This document shows positions 44,122-54,485 of a stretch of 64,000 bases of DNA, one piece after another. The DNA is from Epithemia pelagica (Eukaryota; Protista; Bacillariophyta). Both the position numbers and the translations under genes were made by a program. The notes under the pieces are model-generated. The model worked only from the letters and a program-made list of their open reading frames with translations, made no database searches and had not been told where the DNA came from. Every line of letters starts with the position of its first letter. The first letter of the stretch is position 1. The stretch is taken from assembly GCA_946965045.2 (NCBI GenBank), contig OX337232.1:2976001-3040000 (forward strand), written 5' to 3'.

Positions 44122-45589
44122 ATAGTCCTTATGGTCGGTTTGAATCCTCCGTCCTGTGTAGGATGAGGCAAGGAATCGTCAAATATCGACGAAAAAAACA
44201 GAACACCATTGTCATGGTCTTCCGGATGCATCGGCTTCGGGTTCTGCGATTGAGGTATTGAGAGACGATTGAAAAGCGACTACGGCTTTATATTGCATTC
44301 ATTTCTATATATTTTTTATATTCATTGAGAGCCAGATGAGCTTTGAAATTTTGTGAATGTATTCTCATAATTTGAGACTTAGCGAAATTTGGAAAATTGG
44401 GTTCCGCTTCGGGGCTGGAGTTGGAGGGTAAATCCGAGCATGGTAAGTCTTATGTAAGCATGGGTTATGGTTGTGAGACATATTGAGATAAAATGTGGAT
44501 AGTTACATAAGAGTTGGGAGCCTTTGATTACGTTGGAAATCGGATGCCTTCTAACAGGGAGTCACGGAGGTCTGTCACGGCAGAGTTGTGGTAATACTTA
44601 ACAAAAGTCTGGATAAAAATTTGGTACAGTTTCACTTATAGAAAAATTGTCGGTTTCTGGAACGGGATTCATTGGGTGAGGATGTGCTCGCGTGCCAAAT
44701 GTACCCCGAATGCTCCTATTGACGTCTCGAGCGTCAGCCCGTTTGCGCTAAAAATTATATAGATCGAAAGCTTATTACTAGACTCAAATTTCCATGTATA
44801 ATTTATATGTTCCATCTCACAATCCTGGAGAGCTACATGGAACTAAAAGAGGCTAAAAACGCAATCCAAACTTTGGCGTACCGGTTCTGGCCCCCCAGGC
44901 GCACCCAAGGGATGGCACCCTCCGGCCAGGCCCGCGAGGGGGTAAAGTACATAGACTTGCCGGCTAATGACTGTGGACGTTCATTAGACATTCATCTATC
45001 CTTCCCCATCTGAATGGCACCTTGCCAGAGGTGTTTTGTCTTTCGTCGCCAAAATTTTTGGAGTTCATCGATCCATCATAAGTAGGCTATGAGAGTGCGC
45101 AGAGCAACTCGCACGCGGTGGACTTAATTAACTCCCCCGAAATTTCATCCAACGCACGCGCGCGTGGTCGATTCCTATGTGTTCTTCGACTGCTATTACA
45201 GAAGCGGTTAAAAGTGTCACGCGATAGAAGGATAGTTAAGTTGTGGCGCGTGTCATATTGAATGTTCATCTCTAAAATTCGACTCCGAATGAGCCGGCCA
45301 TCCTCCTGTAGAAATGTACCAGGTCCTACGACGGGTGTTTATGCGACTGATTTTTAGAAACCCCCAGGGGTGTTAGTTTGCTCAGGCAGCAATATGATTG
45401 GGTGAGACCATGTCGTTCCACACAAAACACTTAAAGGAAAACTCAGAACGACATGTCTTACCATTTCAAAAATCAGTCCCCCCATCGCCCCCCAAACACG
45501 GATTGGCAGCTTGAAAATCTCACCAAGTGAGATTCCAAGTGCCGATCCGGTCGGTCGCGGCCGCCAAGTCTCATCTCGGAAAGACGACA

Positions 45590-48500
45590 ATGAGACATTG
45601 GCCACTTTTCTGGCCATCTCATCTCGTCGATGACACACCTGTAGAAAACGTAATAGAAAAGATGGTTAGTAGGTCACACCAAACAACACAATCTTGGGCT
45701 GCTCAACAGGCTGCAGCAAGGGCGGCAATGGGCCCCCAATCCCAACGACGAGGGAACATTTACAGTCGCTTGCCAGTGCCACAGGGGCAGCGACGCTCGG
45801 GCAACCAAACCATGACAGGAGTAGTGGAGTTTGAGCCCCACATAGACTGTTATGTCTGCAGGGCTGTCCACAATGGACAAAACAAGCCACACAGAGCCCA
45901 CCACATGCTCTGTCCACTCAACAAAACAACAAAGGGCAAGGCAAAGACACAGGAGAAGGGCCAGATCCAACGACTGCTCGACAAAGCAGCAAAACAACAC
46001 AAGAAGAACAACAATAGGCCAATGAATGGCACAGAACAACTCGCCCCAGGCAATGTCAGTGAGGAGGCACTGGGTGCCTTTTTTTCTGTTCGCAACAACA
46101 CGACGAAACAAGTGAAGACAACGGGCAAGCTCACGTTGGAGTCGTTGGCGACGAAGAAAAAGCCAGTAGAAAGGAAGGTTGGGAAAACATGTGACAGTCA
46201 CATACCAACGAGTGCACGCATGTCGGTCGAAAATTTCAAAACAGAAATTCTACATAGGACAAACATGCTGGTTGAGGCGAGTTCGATTGCTCCCAAGACC
46301 ATGCGGGCTCTCGCGTCACTTATTCAGGACACGTGCCTTCGTTCAAAGCGGAGTACAACGGTTCTAGAAGCTTTTTTCGAAGGTATGGAGTTTTGTGTAC
46401 CGGCTTGCTCTGGGAACACGTGTCCTTTGTACGACTCGTTTGTGGGACAGAAACTCTATGTAGTAGATTGGGAACTCTTTTTTCCAAACCAAGTACTGTT
46501 TTGTCCTACATGTGGAGGTAATCTCCAGCGGACGCGGACTAATTTCTCCAAGAATAAGTCGCTTTTCCCCCAATTCGGAATAAATGGTCCCCCAAGCTAC
46601 GCGATCGTGATGCACTATAAGTGCTCGGCATGTGGTGCCAATCACCAAGGCAACGAATCGCAATTTCTCGCGAAACTTCCTCCCCACATGGCCATGGCGT
46701 ACCCAGTCGACCCGAAATACGCGGTCGGCAACTCGCACCTCAAGACTGACGCGACGAGACTCATGGAGCGGCTCATGGTGACTCATGGGAATGCAATTCT
46801 ATGTGCAGAATATCTCTATGAATCAATCAACCAGTGCTATATGGACAAAACTATGAGATTCTACTCGGAGCTCCTAGCGACAGACCAAGCAAGTGACCAA
46901 CCTTATCCAAAGAAGGATGGCGAATGGCTCGTGTCTTATCCCCCTCAAGCGGACACCCTTCGTCAGATATACGAGCAGGGTGCTTACTCAGACTATGTGT
47001 GGTGGGGAGTATCCGATGTTGACCGACACCAGCGAGAAATACAAATGGTGAAGTGTAGATTATCGTTTGCTCAGGACCACACCTGGGAGGTGGTCAAGAA
47101 CTACCTTTCCAGTTGCAAGGCAAAGGTCCTGTGGGATGTTTGCACCGAGACAGGCGAGATTGCCTGTCTTGTCTTGGTGCAATCAACAAAGCTGCAAGAG
47201 ATTGCCCATGCAGCAGAGCAATTGTCGCGTCGTATCGGGTTTTCTCCCGTAATTATGTATTCCGATACCTGGCCCCACAAGGATGACTTTTGGGAACTGA
47301 TACTCGGAGCACGGTTGATTGGTAGGTTGGGGTTATTTCATTTTTTGCAGCGAATTACAAAGACGCTTCGACAGCGTCATTGCGACCATGGGCAAGCACT
47401 TCGTGATTTGAAGGCTTTCATCTATGAAGAGCACGATGAAGACCTTCAGAAAGTCATCCATGCCCTCAAGACCGGATTGTTGGGAAAGGAATACACAGAA
47501 GAAGAGATTTGTGAGATGAGAGCAACGAAAGTCTTTGCTCAACGATACAACAAATACATACGAAAAAGGATTCGTTCGGCCGAAGTCATCAAAGGGAAAC
47601 TCGACGAATTCAAGGTGAGGTACAAAGTCACCGCCTCAGATGGACAACCAGCTGCTCGTGGCCGTCTTGACCCAAAGTCGGGCCAGACTCTCTTCACTCC
47701 AGAAACACACGATGCCCTGGTGAATTGCAAAGAGAAGGCTCAGTTTTTGGCCGACCCAAAACCAATCGAAGAGATGTATTGTGAGTTGCCACCGAATCGC
47801 AATGCAAAACATGGTCTCCCTGAGTTTCGTGCTTACCGTGGCGAGAGCAAGTTGGAGTCGTTTCACGACAACCTTGCTCATTTTGGGAACTGTGGGATGC
47901 GCGAGTCATTGGCAGATGCACTAAATTTGTGCGGAACTGCCAGGTACAATCGTACCATTCGACACAAGCTCGCTCTGTTGGATATGAATCCAACAGAGCG
48001 AGCGCAAATCCCAGCTGGATGGGAGTCGGTTGCGCCGTTTGACAACCACTTGCAACTCGAATTTATAAACAAAATGGCAAGGGCAACTGGTGTTAGTGGG
48101 CCATTCGCTAACGTAGAACAAATCCCAGAGGACAACGGAGAACGATTTTTGTCTACTTACCTCAAGCAACAAATGGAAAGAGACAAAACCGTGCCAAAGC
48201 ATCCGCTCAATGATCGCTGTCAGTGTTCGTTGTGTCAGGGCAATGCCAAGAGATTGCCCCATGACAGCTCCATTCCACCCTTTGCTTCGTCAGCTTCCTC
48301 CTCGTCTGTTGTTGTGTCTGCTTCATCACCAACCATGGCCGAGATTTATTTGAATCCGTATTTTCCCCAAAGAGGACGGAAACAACCCAAGAGCACCGTC
48401 CAAATCGAAGAAATATCCGAAGAAATAGACAACAGCATCAGTTGTTGCGGTGATGTAGCACCAGAACAGTCGGTTCCGGTTGCGAAGGACGCAAACAAAC

Positions 48501-48988
48501 GAAAAGCCGGCAACAACACAACAACAGAATCCAACAATCCATCCAAAAAGCAACGCATAGAGCAGCAAACGAATGAGACAGAAACTGGTGAGATGGAAGC
48601 TACACCAGGAAATGCAACAAGGGAAGTGGTAAGCTTACCTTCTTTGTCACGACAACAGGCCCAGTTGCATACGGCGACACAGCAGAGCAACACGCAACAA
48701 ACAAAACAAACAACAAATCACCATGCACCACCAGCACAGCAATGCAATCGTCCACCATTCTTTGGACTCCCTGTTGCCATGGCCAAGTACTCCAACCTGT
48801 TGCCGCCACCACCACTCCATCCAGCTTTGTACCCGTGCCATCCGTTCGGCTATCCTCATCGTCCATCGCCACGAACTCAAATCCAGTTTTGTTGCGTGAA
48901 GCACAAAGAATACTACGACAGTGGCAAGAGGGGACGACCACCACACAGCAAAGACTGTCCAAAGCGGAATTTCCGAGGCTTCGATTGA
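45590..48988 (+). CDS. Putative DDE transposase of a MULE/DUF6729-like type, with zinc-finger motifs at both ends
   Basis: CYVC..H..HH.LC; CPTC..YKCSAC; QDHTW (D), YSDTWP (D), LGLFHFLQRI, RGESKLESFH (E); C-terminal CC.KH..PPH.KDC. Confidence 0.55.
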   Translation: MRHWPLFWPSHLVDDTPVENVIEKMVSRSHQTTQSWAAQQAAARAAMGPQSQRRGNIYSRLPVPQGQRRSGNQTMTGVVEFEPHIDCYVCRAVHNGQNKPHRAHHMLCPLNKTTKGKAKTQEKGQIQRLLDKAAKQHKKNNNRPMNGTEQLAPGNVSEEALGAFFSVRNNTTKQVKTTGKLTLESLATKKKPVERKVGKTCDSHIPTSARMSVENFKTEILHRTNMLVEASSIAPKTMRALASLIQDTCLRSKRSTTVLEAFFEGMEFCVPACSGNTCPLYDSFVGQKLYVVDWELFFPNQVLFCPTCGGNLQRTRTNFSKNKSLFPQFGINGPPSYAIVMHYKCSACGANHQGNESQFLAKLPPHMAMAYPVDPKYAVGNSHLKTDATRLMERLMVTHGNAILCAEYLYESINQCYMDKTMRFYSELLATDQASDQPYPKKDGEWLVSYPPQADTLRQIYEQGAYSDYVWWGVSDVDRHQREIQMVKCRLSFAQDHTWEVVKNYLSSCKAKVLWDVCTETGEIACLVLVQSTKLQEIAHAAEQLSRRIGFSPVIMYSDTWPHKDDFWELILGARLIGRLGLFHFLQRITKTLRQRHCDHGQALRDLKAFIYEEHDEDLQKVIHALKTGLLGKEYTEEEICEMRATKVFAQRYNKYIRKRIRSAEVIKGKLDEFKVRYKVTASDGQPAARGRLDPKSGQTLFTPETHDALVNCKEKAQFLADPKPIEEMYCELPPNRNAKHGLPEFRAYRGESKLESFHDNLAHFGNCGMRESLADALNLCGTARYNRTIRHKLALLDMNPTERAQIPAGWESVAPFDNHLQLEFINKMARATGVSGPFANVEQIPEDNGERFLSTYLKQQMERDKTVPKHPLNDRCQCSLCQGNAKRLPHDSSIPPFASSASSSSVVVSASSPTMAEIYLNPYFPQRGRKQPKSTVQIEEISEEIDNSISCCGDVAPEQSVPVAKDANKRKAGNNTTTESNNPSKKQRIEQQTNETETGEMEATPGNATREVVSLPSLSRQQAQLHTATQQSNTQQTKQTTNHHAPPAQQCNRPPFFGLPVAMAKYSNLLPPPPLHPALYPCHPFGYPHRPSPRTQIQFCCVKHKEYYDSGKRGRPPHSKDCPKRNFRGFD

Positions 48989-49814
48989 TCCGGGCTGTCC
49001 ATTTGTCGAGACGACAGGAAGGAAGATCCAATGGCACACCGAAAGACATGGCGATGCCATCCAGCCATCACAACCAATCCACCCACCCAAAAACCACCTT
49101 CATTACCACCACTGCATGCCCCATCATCGCTCCAATTACAAGAACTTAAAACATGAATCGACCAACAACCTGAATACCTGAATGACCAAGAACACAACAA
49201 GCACGACAAGATAGTTAGTAACAAAAATACGAAAAACAGAATTTATGAGACATCCATATCTTCTCTAGCCACCGTAGCACATGGAAAGGGCACCCGGAAA
49301 GTGACAAGGCTCTTGCGGAATTCGGGTGTCAAGTCAAACCTGTTGAACGACAGACAATTAAAGGTGAGAGGCCAATAAAGACAGAATGTTGCTACCGGTC
49401 TTGTAAGGGGAAAAATGCTTCCACGTACTTACCTGCCTGATCCCCCTCTGAGGACATGAAAGGTGATGTTACGACATGTCACAACAATCCTCGAAAATGC
49501 GAATGAAACGATCGAACCAGAACGATGGAATCCAGCTGCCAAAACTCTCCCCTTTTTCCTCCCCTTCTTCTTCCTCTCCTCCCCCTCCCCTTCTCTCTTC
49601 TGCCTTGGGCCCCCCCATTTTCCCCCCGGATCGTGCGATAAAAAAAGGCCGGAGGGATCAGGCACCCTTTATTCAGTCGTGACCGGGACTCCGATACTGT
49701 CTAATGACGTATGACGTCATTCACTTACGGATGATGGCAAGGTACGTGGCTCCATATTATTGTGTGCAAATCGCATTGGACAAATGGAAACTGCAATTGG
49801 TTCGTCTCTTTCGT

Positions 49815-51161
49815 GTTCACTCACCGTTCCAACGATGGGTCCATAGTCCATACTCGCAGTCTATATCAAGAAAACAAGAATCAAGAATCCTTTTAGAACT
49901 CTGGAGAACACTCTTTGAAGCGAACCAACCATCCAGAGTTGAGAGTTGAGACATAAAACATACACAAGAAGAGCTGGCAACTTTCCACCCTCGCCCTCAT
50001 TCAAAATCAACGTCATGCCAAAAGAGGCTCCATGTGATTCCATAGGAAGTACAATTCCCTCTTCAGACTCTGCAGCTGAGAAATCAAAGTCGCCCGTTGT
50101 GGAAGACTCCAACGACAACTCCAATTGGTTATCACTTGATTCGTCATGCAACGACAATGATCGAAGTATGAATCACTTTGACCTGACTTCGACAAGACTG
50201 CGATCATCGAGTTGTAGTCTCTCTGAAAACAATGCACTTGTGGAGGATTCCAGTTTTTCAAAATTAGATTCGGACGTTGAGTCGAAGCCCTTGCGTTCAA
50301 AGCCGGACGAACCGGTTTGGTCCAGGACATTGTGGACGTTTCTGCTTGTGGGGACACTCGTGTTCTTGCTACCAGACTTGTTGACAGACAGTCCCTTCAA
50401 GTCTTTGGAAACTGGACACAAGTCGGTTTACGTCACCGGTGGTGGTTTCTCTGGGTTTTGGTTTACTCTAGGGAGATTGAACAGCGTCCAAGATTTATTG
50501 GATCGTGATTACTACTGTGTATCGGCTGGTTGCCTAGCTGTTGCGGCGGTGTTTCAGAACTACACGGTACACGAAATGATTGACAAGGCAGAGGATGCCC
50601 GATCCGGCTGGATGAATGGAAAACTCAACAGATACGAAGTTGTTCCACGATTTCTCGACAATATGCTCAATGCTTCGGCCTCGCCATCCAACAATCATCG
50701 CATCTGGAAGAACGACCAAGTTCTGTCCAAGATTAATATCATTACGACTGTGCCCCATTCTCAGTGGCCGTGGGGTGTGCAGATCGCGATTCGAAACCCA
50801 ACGTCCATGGAAGATTTGCGAACCATGCTGCTTCAAACAACTTGGATTCCCTTTGCGGTTGGACAGAGTTGGTGGTATTTGGGACACATGGATGGGGCCT
50901 TTTCGTTATTTTACCACCCACGATGTGCGTCGACGGTTCGACTCCCGATTAATTTGGACTTGATTTCCAATGCTCTGAATATTGGGTTGGACCGAGAGAA
51001 AGCAACAGAGTATTGGGAGCTAGGCTTGCAGTATGGTGTATAGTTCTCGATTTTGTAAATCAGAAATGGTATGTGTATAAAACAACAAGAAGCGGACAGC
51101 AATGCTTTTGTCGAATAGAATCAAAGGATTGATAACTTTCTCAACAATAAAGGTTCTATGA
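49815..51161 (+). repeat. Segmental duplication copy 1 (other copy 58568..59906)
   Basis: Near-identical from TGTTCACTCA through ..AATAAAGGTTCTATGA, including UTRs. Confidence 0.95.
50015..51043 (+). CDS. Patatin-like phospholipase-domain protein with TM anchor, copy 1
   Basis: GGGFSG (Gly-rich), CVSAG (variant GxSxG), MDGA (DG motif); TM LWTFLLVGTLVFLL. Confidence 0.7.
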   Translation: MPKEAPCDSIGSTIPSSDSAAEKSKSPVVEDSNDNSNWLSLDSSCNDNDRSMNHFDLTSTRLRSSSCSLSENNALVEDSSFSKLDSDVESKPLRSKPDEPVWSRTLWTFLLVGTLVFLLPDLLTDSPFKSLETGHKSVYVTGGGFSGFWFTLGRLNSVQDLLDRDYYCVSAGCLAVAAVFQNYTVHEMIDKAEDARSGWMNGKLNRYEVVPRFLDNMLNASASPSNNHRIWKNDQVLSKINIITTVPHSQWPWGVQIAIRNPTSMEDLRTMLLQTTWIPFAVGQSWWYLGHMDGAFSLFYHPRCASTVRLPINLDLISNALNIGLDREKATEYWELGLQYGV

Positions 51162-51786
51162 TGGGTGAATGTAACAATCAAACTATATTGTATTATGGGG
51201 GGATGGGGAGGGTTTGGGCACGAGTAGGTTGGTGAATAGGACAGTCAGAAAAAGAAGTGGACATTGAATCGGACAAGTGGAATACAGACAATCACAGTCG
51301 GATAATGCAAACCAAGCACTGTACAACGAGATTATTGACGAGCAAAAATCAGACAACTATCATATTATTAGAAGAGATTACATAGGTGTGTTTGTTCTGT
51401 TGCCATATGATGATATGATTTGAGTTCGACGGAAGGGGGAAAACGAGCGAAGTTGAGTTCATTGCATGACCAGCCATGAGCAAAGATATTGTCTGGTGAA
51501 GCCCCATCCACCCATTGAACAAAACAGATTCATTGTTGCATTCACCCACTCGATGTTTGATTGTTGTCTGGCTTTCCTGGTGAGTGATGTTGTTTCATAT
51601 GGAGGCTGTCTGAGTGTCCGATTGGTTGTCCCATTGTCCGATTCATTGTCCAAATGACTTCATCCCTGTCTTAAACAATTCCACACGCATGGGTGGGAAA
51701 GTTTGATTGTTGTTTTGCACCTCATTAGTGTCAACATCATCGTGGTGGTTGACTTTGGTGGTTAGTAGTGCCGGCCCAAGTCCATG

Positions 51787-51917
51787 GTCCATGTCCTGTT
51801 GTCCCTTGTCCATGTCCTGTTGTCCCTTGTCCGTGTCCTATTGTCCCTTGTCCGTGTCCTATTGTCCCATGTCCGTGTCCTATTGTCCGTTGTTCGTGTC
51901 CTATTGTCCGTTGTCCG
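51787..51917. repeat. 21-bp tandem repeat GTCCGTGTCCTATTGTCCCTT x6
   Basis: Direct reading. Confidence 0.85.
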
Positions 51918-52430
51918 ATTCAATGGTCAGTTGTATTCCAGTTGCTAGCGTTCTCTATGCTTTCCTCAGTTACAATACTGCAAACTTTAAGAGAGTGAGA
52001 GCGCTAGAAAGTCTATTAAGATCTCCAACGGACCAATGGCAGACAGTGTCTGTGGAGGAAGTACTTATCATGCTATTGTGAGTGTTGTGACACATCAGTC
52101 AGTTAAATAATCATAAAAGGGCAGTACATTATGTGACACATGATGAATACATACAGGGCTATTGTGGATCATGTCCGAGTGTATCACTTTATAAGAGATG
52201 AAATCTACATAGGAGGACAACGGATGTCCAAGACCAAAACTTAGTTGGACACCTACTATTGCCCAGGGACCCTTTTCACACTATTATGGACAAAATACCT
52301 GGAGAGCAGATTTGTGAATTTCATCAAATATCACAGCAACGTCAGGCCACGTAGGCAGAAAGTGTGAAATGTGTGAAGTTTCACGCTTGTTAAGACCAGC
52401 CCTGACTGTACGAACAACTTTCTTTATTCA

Positions 52431-54137
52431 ATGAACTCATTGAAGACAGATGCAACCATGGCCCATGTCGACGGAATGGACGTTGAGAGCGCACAGCCCG
52501 TGCAACTTTCCGCTGCCTTCGAGGAAATAAAGAGAAAAGGAGTTGAACTTGGGGCCCCTATGGACGAATGCGTCGTTAAAATCGGCGCTGCTGGTTTATC
52601 CGCTGCCGGCATTGCCGATCTTGCTGTTGGCGACAAGGTGGATCTGGCATGTCTCAAACCGCTGCGAACAGCCAAAGATTTTCTGCCGGAAATGATCTAT
52701 GTTCGAAAGGAAATGCAGGAAATGCTTACCAAGCTGCTACCGCAACACGCAGGAGAAGAACAGCGAATTTTGGTGGGTTCGCCTGGGGTAGGCAAGTCGG
52801 TTCTTTTCTTCCTGACTGCGCTGTGCCGTGTTGTGGCCCACGGAGAGATGATCCTTTATCTTCGAAAAACCTCCAATGCTAAATCTTTCTCACTCCTTCT
52901 TATGGAGAAGGGTACCGATGCCGATGCAGTCAATATCCTTTTCAACCGATCACTAAAAACCAAACTTCATGATGACCCACATTCTTTGTGCAAGGGTTTG
53001 CTTGGTTTGACGATCACGAATTTCTATGCAATGGTTGATGGCCCAAGGCACAATGACCCCAAAGGCGATCTTCTGGCCGGCGGCTACGACGCGCTCTGCA
53101 CGTCGGCTGGATATCCTGCATTGAGACAAGAGCAAATTGAAGACACTGTGGTTGAAGTACTCAGCGGTTGGACGGAGGTATCTATCAAAGAAGCGCTGAA
53201 GACGATGATTGTGGGCTGCACAGACGAACAAGCAGATGACAGATACAAGCTGAGTGGCGGAAGGATTCGATTGGGTTTTCTCGACCAGAAGAAAGTCGAA
53301 GCATGGTACGATCAAGTTATTGAGGCCGCCGGGAAAGAAAAAATCAAGCTGGCGATTACGAGTGAGGGAGCGACAGGGGAGGCAACTAGCAGCGATCGGC
53401 TCCGCACTCGCTTCCACAACCAAACAGACGGAACAAATCGCATGATTGTAGACTCTGAGTACTGTTTTTGTAAGCTCTCTGACCGGCTTGAATCGTCAGA
53501 TTTGATGGAGTCGTACAATTTAGCCCGGGCCCTACGATTGCAGGCTGCAAGAGGCTGGTTTTACGAGGAAATCATCCATCGGTGGTTCCAAAATACCGTC
53601 GTGCCCGAGTTGGGATCTTTCATGAAGGGATTGGGCACCAACGCCGAGGGAGTTCAACAGCTTCTCACGGGAATCCAACATTTGGCTGGAACTACTATCT
53701 ATTGGGCCCCCAGTAAACCGAACTTCGCGAACATTGATGCCGCCCTCCTGATTGGCCGAACGTTGATCTGTTTTCAGTACACGGTACAAAGTACCCACAA
53801 ATTTGATGGGGATACATTGTATGTGGATATCGTGGGGGTGCTGCTTGGCGCAGGAATACAGATCGAAAGAGTCCAGGTCGTGTTCGTCACTCCGGAAGAT
53901 GCCGCCTTCAGTTATGGCGAACATTCAGACTTCACCAAGGACTGTTCCGTCACACTACAGTCGGCAACTAGATCTATTCAACTCCTACAATTGCAGTTTA
54001 CCTTCCAATCAGCAGTGGTGGAAGCAGATTCTGATGTATCACTTAACAATGGAATTACAAGCAATATCCTTCCCATCCTACGAGCCGCTCAACCTGCTGT
54101 CGCCGATCAGGAACAGAATATGGCTGGGGTTTACTGA
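52431..54137 (+). CDS. Crinkler/RHS-type P-loop NTPase plus PD-(D/E)xK nuclease (CR-NTPase + CR-REase)
   Basis: ILVGSPGVGKS Walker A, MVDG Walker B, SGGRIR, GWFYEEIIH, P..PNFANIDAALL..FQYTV..H. Confidence 0.75.
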   Translation: MNSLKTDATMAHVDGMDVESAQPVQLSAAFEEIKRKGVELGAPMDECVVKIGAAGLSAAGIADLAVGDKVDLACLKPLRTAKDFLPEMIYVRKEMQEMLTKLLPQHAGEEQRILVGSPGVGKSVLFFLTALCRVVAHGEMILYLRKTSNAKSFSLLLMEKGTDADAVNILFNRSLKTKLHDDPHSLCKGLLGLTITNFYAMVDGPRHNDPKGDLLAGGYDALCTSAGYPALRQEQIEDTVVEVLSGWTEVSIKEALKTMIVGCTDEQADDRYKLSGGRIRLGFLDQKKVEAWYDQVIEAAGKEKIKLAITSEGATGEATSSDRLRTRFHNQTDGTNRMIVDSEYCFCKLSDRLESSDLMESYNLARALRLQAARGWFYEEIIHRWFQNTVVPELGSFMKGLGTNAEGVQQLLTGIQHLAGTTIYWAPSKPNFANIDAALLIGRTLICFQYTVQSTHKFDGDTLYVDIVGVLLGAGIQIERVQVVFVTPEDAAFSYGEHSDFTKDCSVTLQSATRSIQLLQLQFTFQSAVVEADSDVSLNNGITSNILPILRAAQPAVADQEQNMAGVY

Positions 54138-54485
54138 CCTACTTTCCTGTTGGAGGGACAATGGTTTGGAGGGCAGTTGTGCTTCCTTTGCCCCCAAAGT
54201 CTCAGGTGGATTGAAGGACGGCTTATTGAGAACGCCGGGTTCTCCAACGTAGATCTTGTTAAGAACGAACGGCGAAAAGGGACAATCAAAACATCCGTAC
54301 GAATTCAAGTCAACGCTCGGGGCTCTTTCGAATCCACCAAAATGATTACCTCTTGGACCACAATAATTGGCAGGTATATAGATAATAGGTTCTTGTTTGT
54401 TATTTGCGAGTGCAAGAGAACCGGTTGCAACCGACTCTGGTGATATTAACCTTACAGAGTCTACTAGAGTCTAGAGGACATTACT

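Larger units (their letters stand above)
38689..44721. mobile_element. Candidate RAG1/Transib-like element (partner gene and transposase, convergent) with imperfect bipartite TIR
   Basis: CAATAGGAGCAT-N5-GTACA at 38689..38710 and its inverse at 44700..44721 bracket exactly the two genes. No TSD seen. Confidence 0.5.
38642..49657. mobile_element. Candidate outer DNA transposon bounded by a perfect 27-bp inverted repeat (38642..38668 / 49631..49657)
   Basis: TCCCTCCGGCCTTTTTTTATCGCACGA and its exact reverse complement; encloses two transposase-like ORFs. No TSD found. Confidence 0.5.

Noticed and set aside
49434-49664. Separate 230-bp MITE (TGCCTGATCCC inverted, 11 bp)
   Set aside because: Short match with no TSD; it overlaps the stronger 27-bp repeat, although it remains an alternative explanation for that right end.
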